A stretch of DNA of 11,685 nucleotides. Source: Candidatus Altiarchaeales archaeon IMC4. GTDB taxonomy: Archaea > Altiarchaeota > Altiarchaeia > IMC4. Position 1 is the first letter of the stretch, and each line of letters opens with the position of its first letter. The notes under the pieces are model-generated. The model saw nothing but the letters and a program-made list of their open reading frames with translations. It was not told where the DNA came from and searched no databases. A program made the translations under genes and the position numbers. Below, piece by piece: positions 7,446 through 11,685 of the stretch. The stretch covers positions 742,507 through 754,191 of the forward strand of contig MCBF01000001.1 of NCBI GenBank assembly GCA_001742785.1. The letters are read 5' to 3'.

Positions 7446-8478
7446 AGCCACACCAATAAGATACAATAGAATACTTGCCGCGGCGGCACCCGTAGCACTG
7501 CTTAGCATTCTCTTTTTCTTCCTGGTCGATAAGCTGGGACTTTCTATCACTAAGACATTCGACATCGGAATGTGGGAGGGCCTCTTTGTTGAAAAGCAGT
7601 TAAGCATCGGGCTTTTTGCGACGGCAGTATTCTGCCTGTCCGTCGTGCTCTTTGTAAGGCTGGCGGGGGATTTGGGCAGGAATGAAAGGATTTTGGCGGG
7701 CGCGACGGGTGCAGGCGCTGCCTGCATTATCGCCCTGAGCATATACAACTCGAAGGGATTCATGATAATGGGGTTGTTCTATGTAATCGGCTACGTTTAT
7801 GCGGGCTACAAAGATACACATGTGAAGGGGCGGGGCGCAGGCACCGGTGCGTGCAAAACGCTCATGACGATGCTGACCATAGGCGTTTTTCTGGCAGGGT
7901 ATCTGGTATCCCTTGATAACAAGGAACTGATGGAAACCTCGCTTAAAGACAATATCGTGGAGATGTCGATGGGCTCCGTAGCACCCTCGACTTCGCCCGG
8001 TTTTATCAAGGAAAGCGCAGAGCGCCAGGTCGAGGCGCAGATAGGGGTGCTTTCAAGCGATGAATACCTACGGGACACGTCTCATCAGAGCGCGGTTGTC
8101 TGGGTCGCAGGTTACGAGTCTGGCTCGGGCAGGTTAAGTGACACCGCGCGAAAGGAACTGATCGAAAACAAAACCCGCGAATTTTTTGATGCGGCAAAAA
8201 AGGACGTGGAAAAACGCTTCAGTCAAGACGAGCGGCGGCGAATGGTTGAGGAATTTAGCAGCAGGATTCTTGAGGAAACTGAGAAGTTTGAGGTGAACGA
8301 ATCGCAGAAGCGGGAAATGGTCGAGGAGGCGCTGGGGAGCGTGCCGGGGTTTGAATCGGTAATCGAGAACATACCGATCATTACAGGGTTCGCCCTGGTT
8401 TTCCTCATCGGGCTTTGGAAATATGCGGCATCGATTGGTTCGGGGGTTTTATCGTTTTTTATCCTCAGGGGAAAATAA
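7423..8478 (+). CDS. Hypothetical integral membrane protein (about 5 N-terminal TM helices, a ~150-aa charged helical loop, 1-2 C-terminal TM helices)
   Basis: Hydrophobic segments ILAAAAPVALLSILFFFLV, LSIGLFATAVFCLSVVLFV, ILAGATGAGAACIIALSIY, GFMIMGLFYVIGYVYAGY, LMTMLTIGVFLAGYLVSL and IPIITGFALVFLIGLW. The start is uncertain: the TTG overlaps hisS, and the first ATG falls after TM1. Confidence 0.8.
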   Translation: MKSETGSEATPIRYNRILAAAAPVALLSILFFFLVDKLGLSITKTFDIGMWEGLFVEKQLSIGLFATAVFCLSVVLFVRLAGDLGRNERILAGATGAGAACIIALSIYNSKGFMIMGLFYVIGYVYAGYKDTHVKGRGAGTGACKTLMTMLTIGVFLAGYLVSLDNKELMETSLKDNIVEMSMGSVAPSTSPGFIKESAERQVEAQIGVLSSDEYLRDTSHQSAVVWVAGYESGSGRLSDTARKELIENKTREFFDAAKKDVEKRFSQDERRRMVEEFSSRILEETEKFEVNESQKREMVEEALGSVPGFESVIENIPIITGFALVFLIGLWKYAASIGSGVLSFFILRGK

Positions 8479-8483
8479 TGCAT

Positions 8484-8903
8484 TTATCCTGTTTTTTCCT
8501 GCCCCTTGCCGACCAGTTCTTCAGCCTTCTGGTTTAATTGTGAGATAAGGTTGCCTATCTTTTCGGCGGTTTTCCTCAGGTCGTCCACCTCCTTTTTCAC
8601 GTCGCCATTCCTTTTGCCAAGCGCCTTTACCGCATCGTCAATCGTTTTTTCGACAAATACCCCTGCCCCGATGCCCATGACTACCTTTTTGCCATCGGAT
8701 ATCTCCCCCCTTGCATAGACGTTCGAGCCAAGCGGGATGAGCGTGTTCAGTTCGCTTGCTATCGAACCGATAGCCTCCTTTGTACCCTCGATCTCGACGA
8801 GTGCGGCATCCATCATCTGGATCTCCCTGAGCACTTCGTTGAACTGCCTTTTGTATTCTTCGATCTGCATGACCAATTGGTTCAATTCTTCTTTATTTTC
8901 CAT
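8484..8903 (-). CDS. pfdA: Prefoldin subunit alpha
   Basis: Coiled coil / beta-hairpins / coiled coil layout with TLIPLGSNVYARG and VVMGIGAGVFVEK. I moved the start to the ATG at 8903 (MENKEEL), which follows purine-rich GAAAGGGAAG and overlaps the rpiA stop by 11 nt. Confidence 0.92.
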   Translation of the reverse strand: MENKEELNQLVMQIEEYKRQFNEVLREIQMMDAALVEIEGTKEAIGSIASELNTLIPLGSNVYARGEISDGKKVVMGIGAGVFVEKTIDDAVKALGKRNGDVKKEVDDLRKTAEKIGNLISQLNQKAEELVGKGQEKTG

Positions 8904-9570
8904 CTTCCCTTTCAATTACCACCACCCCTGCCCCGTCGCCTACGATTACAACTTCCGGCCTTCGGTGCGCGAATATCCCGTTTTCGATAACGCCGGGGAT
9001 GCTGTTCAGGAGGTCTTCAAGTTCCGCCGGATTGCGTATTTCCATCCGCGCGTCCATGAGCATGTTCCCGTTGTCGCTTGTATTGTTCCTTTGTTTGACG
9101 GTGCCGCCGAGCCCCTCAATTTTCCTTTTCACGAGGCCCGCCCCGAAGGGCAGCACTTCGATAGGGATTCCAAAGTCGCCCAATTTTCCGACAACTTTGC
9201 CCTTGTCCACGACGACGATGAACCTCTTTGATGCGGTCGCAACTATCTTTTCCCTTGTGTGCGCGCCGCCGCCGCCCTTGATGAGGTTGAAACCCGGGTC
9301 GACTTCGTCCGCGCCGTCTATTGCCATGTCAAGTACGGGGTGTTCATCAAGGGTTGACAGGGGTATACCGAGTTTCATTGCAAGGCCCGCAGTTGCCTCG
9401 GATGTGGGTATTCCAAGAATGTCGAGCCCCTCGTTTTTTATCCTCTTGGCAATCATCTCTAAGGCATACTTCACCGTAGAACCCGTGCCAAGCCCGACTA
9501 CCATGCCGCTTTGCACGTACCCGGCCGCCGCATAGCCTGCGGACTTTTTCGAGTTTTCGGTAGGATTCAT
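8893..9570 (-). CDS. rpiA: Ribose-5-phosphate isomerase A
   Basis: Motifs GLGTGST, DGADEVD, LIKGGGGAHTREKIVA, IPIEV, SDNGN and IPGVIENGIF. Confidence 0.97.
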   Translation of the reverse strand: MNPTENSKKSAGYAAAGYVQSGMVVGLGTGSTVKYALEMIAKRIKNEGLDILGIPTSEATAGLAMKLGIPLSTLDEHPVLDMAIDGADEVDPGFNLIKGGGGAHTREKIVATASKRFIVVVDKGKVVGKLGDFGIPIEVLPFGAGLVKRKIEGLGGTVKQRNNTSDNGNMLMDARMEIRNPAELEDLLNSIPGVIENGIFAHRRPEVVIVGDGAGVVVIEREDGK

Positions 9571-9579
9571 TGGAGTTGG

Positions 9580-9711
9580 TTACGTTCTGCCGGAAGCGCA
9601 TAGCCCGCAAACGCCGTTCCTGAAGCACCTAAAGCATACCGCCTTGCCGCAGATTGCGCAGGTTTGCAGTTTTTCATCAAGCGACCCGCAGATGGCGCAA
9701 AGCCCGGTCAT
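9580..9711 (-). CDS. Small 43-aa Cys-rich zinc-finger protein (4 x CxxC)
   Basis: Below the ORF-track length cutoff. Manual translation: MTGLCAICGSLDEKLQTCAICGKAVCFRCFRNGVCGLCASGRT*. ATG at 9711, TAA at 9582-9580. It fills the gap in a co-oriented run and ends 9 nt before the rpiA start. Confidence 0.85.
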   Translation of the reverse strand: MTGLCAICGSLDEKLQTCAICGKAVCFRCFRNGVCGLCASGRT

Positions 9712-9743
9712 TTTGCAATTTGCACTTTTAATTTTGCAATTCC

Positions 9744-10166
9744 CTACGCCGCCTTTGAGAACGGCACGTCGTCCTTATTCACCTTGACGCTCGGCATCTT
9801 CATCGGCATAGGCAGGCCAATGGTTTTTGCCGTTCCAAAAGCCTCTATCAAGCATTCCCTGAGTATCGCATTCGACAATTCCTCTACTGCCTCTGACTTA
9901 AGTCGTATCCTTTTGCCGTCCTCAACGGCCACTTCCTTAAGATTCGGGTGCTGGTACCAAACGCTGCCCTCGAATTTCAAAGAGCCTACGGTGGGTGTGT
10001 ACTCGGCGTCGAATTTGAACTTCGCCTCTATGTAATCCCCCACAAGTTTGTCCTTTTTCTTTTCCAGGGTCAGAATGGCAAAATTCGATTTTACCTCGAT
10101 GCTCTTCGCAGTCGTGTCCTTTCTTTCAGCTTCAATCCTCCGTACCTTAAAATTCATAACGCTCAT
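9744..10166 (-). CDS. Archaeal hypothetical protein, possibly SecB-like fold
   Basis: 140 aa, ATG preceded by AAGAGG. The pattern of beta-strands (FKVRRIEAER, IEAKFKFDAEYTP, GSLKFEGSVWY), then helices, then a GLPMPMKMP tail recalls the SecB topology with its C-terminal G-x-P-P motif. The fold call is inference. Confidence 0.75.
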   Translation of the reverse strand: MSVMNFKVRRIEAERKDTTAKSIEVKSNFAILTLEKKKDKLVGDYIEAKFKFDAEYTPTVGSLKFEGSVWYQHPNLKEVAVEDGKRIRLKSEAVEELSNAILRECLIEAFGTAKTIGLPMPMKMPSVKVNKDDVPFSKAA

Positions 10167-10209
10167 TTTTTCCTCTTGGATTTAGTGTGTATTATATCTT
10201 ACCTGCAGG

Positions 10210-10908
10210 TTAAAAAAAGGCCCACAGAAGCATGCCGGCAATTCCCCCGAAAGACGTTGCGAGGAAGTTCACCGTGTGCTTGTCTGCCGCCCCTCTTTTC
10301 TCAATGGTCGCCCCGAGGACGCTGTCAAAAACACCGCCTGCAAATGCCGAAATAGCGCATACCGCAAACATCATGAAGTCGTTTGCGATTATCAAGGCAA
10401 GGCTCGACACAAGCACAGCGCCGAGGATTGAGCCTGCGAACCCGGTTATCGAGACACCGCCGTTTGTCCCTGGAGCAACTTCGCGCAGGTTCGTTATCAG
10501 CCTCGGCCGCTTGTAAGTCTGCCCGATTTCAGTGGCGAAGGTGTCCGCGCAGGCAGTCGCTATCGATGCAAGATAGCCGACCAGGAAAACAGGGTCATGG
10601 GTGACAATGCTTGCAGCCGAAAAAAGCGCGGCGGCCCCGCCGTTGCCGAACACGTTTTTTATCGTCCTTACGCCTTCAGCAATACCGAGTTTTTCCTTCT
10701 CATTCTCTTTATATTTCGTAATCGATGTTCCAAGGACAAAGAATACGATTACCGCGGTAAAGAAATAACCAAAAGCGATGATCGCAAGGATGCCTATCAG
10801 GGCAGACCCGAAAACCGCCCCCTTGTCTATTTTGCCCTTGACATAAGCATAAATAACGAATAATGCAGAAATCGTTATAAGGGCCAGATAGTCCAGATAT
10901 TCATACAT
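10210..10908 (-). CDS. DUF92/TMEM19 family integral membrane protein (TIGR00297-like)
   Basis: Motifs FFVLGTSITKY, RTIKNVFGNG, ADTFATEIG, PRLIT, PGTNGGVS, DSVLGATIE and VNFLAT. Confidence 0.93.
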   Translation of the reverse strand: MYEYLDYLALITISALFVIYAYVKGKIDKGAVFGSALIGILAIIAFGYFFTAVIVFFVLGTSITKYKENEKEKLGIAEGVRTIKNVFGNGGAAALFSAASIVTHDPVFLVGYLASIATACADTFATEIGQTYKRPRLITNLREVAPGTNGGVSITGFAGSILGAVLVSSLALIIANDFMMFAVCAISAFAGGVFDSVLGATIEKRGAADKHTVNFLATSFGGIAGMLLWAFF

Positions 10909-10909
10909 T

Positions 10910-11685
10910 TTATACAGCGTTTTTGCAGTCCTCGGCGAATTGCCTCATCTTGTCGATGCCTGCGAACTCACCACCATGGGTTTCGTTGTTGCCTGCGCAC
11001 ATAAATAAGGGGACGTAACCCGTAAGTTGTTTCGCAAAACACTCCTGCACATGTTCGCCTTCCGTTTTCTGCGCATCGGCATGGTAGAACACATAACCCT
11101 CCTTTTCAAGTTCTTCCACAAGCGGCATCATGTTCTGGCAGTGCGGGCAGGTCTGCGTGTGGTAGAACACCACCGCGTCTTTGGATATGTTGTATTTTTC
11201 TATGCATGATTTTTCGGCGGCCGTAATGTTTTCTTCACTCGCTTTTCCCTCTACTTCAGGTTTTGGTTCAGCAGAGGGTTGTGTGGCATTTCCTTCATCA
11301 ACAGTTGAGTTTATTTTAGACGGGAGTGTTTTGTTTATCCCAGCGCCATCCCCCCCTGCAAGCGTTTCTTCCAAAGGATACGTTATCTTGTACGCTTTTA
11401 TGTAGCCACCTTCGAATTCCTGTTCTAATTTTATGTGCTCAAGTTTCTTTACTTCGTGGGGGAACAATCCGATCGCCTTGTACTCGTCTACGTAATCGTA
11501 GAAGTACGCCCTTGTCATCATATAATCCGTGAAGTCTTTTGGGACGTAAACGAGCGTCCTGTACGGCATGTACGTCGGGAAGATGTTGGCTTGCGGGTGC
11601 TGGACTGCAAAACTCAATATACTGGATCTGTTCTGGTCCCCGAAAAGCGGCTGGATCCCAAGTATCGACGCCCCTGTCATGTCAG
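10910..11685 (-). CDS. C-terminal part of a larger protein: AglB/STT3-like C-terminal segment, sequon-rich linker and thioredoxin-like domain (CPHC); runs off the right edge
   Basis: The frame stays open to the window edge. The thioredoxin fold is clear (VVFYHTQTCPHC, cis-Pro loop GYVPLF). The segment LVYVPKDFTDYMMTRAYF...LEHIKL...GGYIKAYKITY resembles the extreme C-terminus of archaeal AglB as I recall it. The catalytic WWDYG motif is not in the window, so the AglB call is tentative (about 0.5), while the CDS and thioredoxin domain are firm. Confidence 0.65.
   Translation of the reverse strand, partial: DMTGASILGIQPLFGDQNRSSILSFAVQHPQANIFPTYMPYRTLVYVPKDFTDYMMTRAYFYDYVDEYKAIGLFPHEVKKLEHIKLEQEFEGGYIKAYKITYPLEETLAGGDGAGINKTLPSKINSTVDEGNATQPSAEPKPEVEGKASEENITAAEKSCIEKYNISKDAVVFYHTQTCPHCQNMMPLVEELEKEGYVFYHADAQKTEGEHVQECFAKQLTGYVPLFMCAGNNETHGGEFAGIDKMRQFAEDCKNAV

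Noticed and set aside
8904..8915. ORF-track start of prefoldin at 8915
   Set aside because: It is a TTG deeper inside rpiA. The ATG at 8903 has a purine-rich upstream tract and gives a typical length.
10167..10209. Internal promoter (AAGATATAATA on the minus strand) before the SecB-like gene
   Set aside because: Plausible, but the TATA/BRE match is too weak to report as a feature.
11678..11680. ATG at 11680 as the start of a stand-alone 256-aa thioredoxin
   Set aside because: The frame is open to the window edge, and the fragment has no signal peptide despite extracellular features. It is most likely an internal Met.

Overview
This is an archaeal chromosomal window. The archaeal-type GTP cyclohydrolase IIa, prefoldin alpha, DUF835 domain and TATA-like promoters point to Archaea; a DPANN/Altiarchaeota-like lineage is only my guess. 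The left edge holds the 5' part of thiD on the minus strand, which the ORF track misses. A 153-bp AT-rich divergent intergenic region follows, containing two hairpins whose loops are perfectly complementary over 13 nt. Next is a tightly coupled + strand operon: a DUF835/winged-helix/coiled-coil protein, a paralogous 1055-aa winged-helix/coiled-coil/winged-helix protein, gch3, hisS and an unknown membrane protein. Converging on it is a minus strand run: a partial protein with an AglB-like C-terminus fused to a CPHC thioredoxin domain, a DUF92 membrane protein, a SecB-like hypothetical protein, a 43-aa 4x CxxC zinc-finger protein (also missed by the track), rpiA and pfdA. The best leads are the putative oligosaccharyltransferase-thioredoxin fusion beside DUF92, the paralogous coiled-coil pair with an inactive KaiC-like domain, the loop-complementary double hairpin between the divergent genes, and degenerate 7-nt repeat arrays at three gene junctions. 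I saw no rRNA, tRNA, CRISPR array or mobile element. All family calls come from motif recognition by eye, not from database searches.
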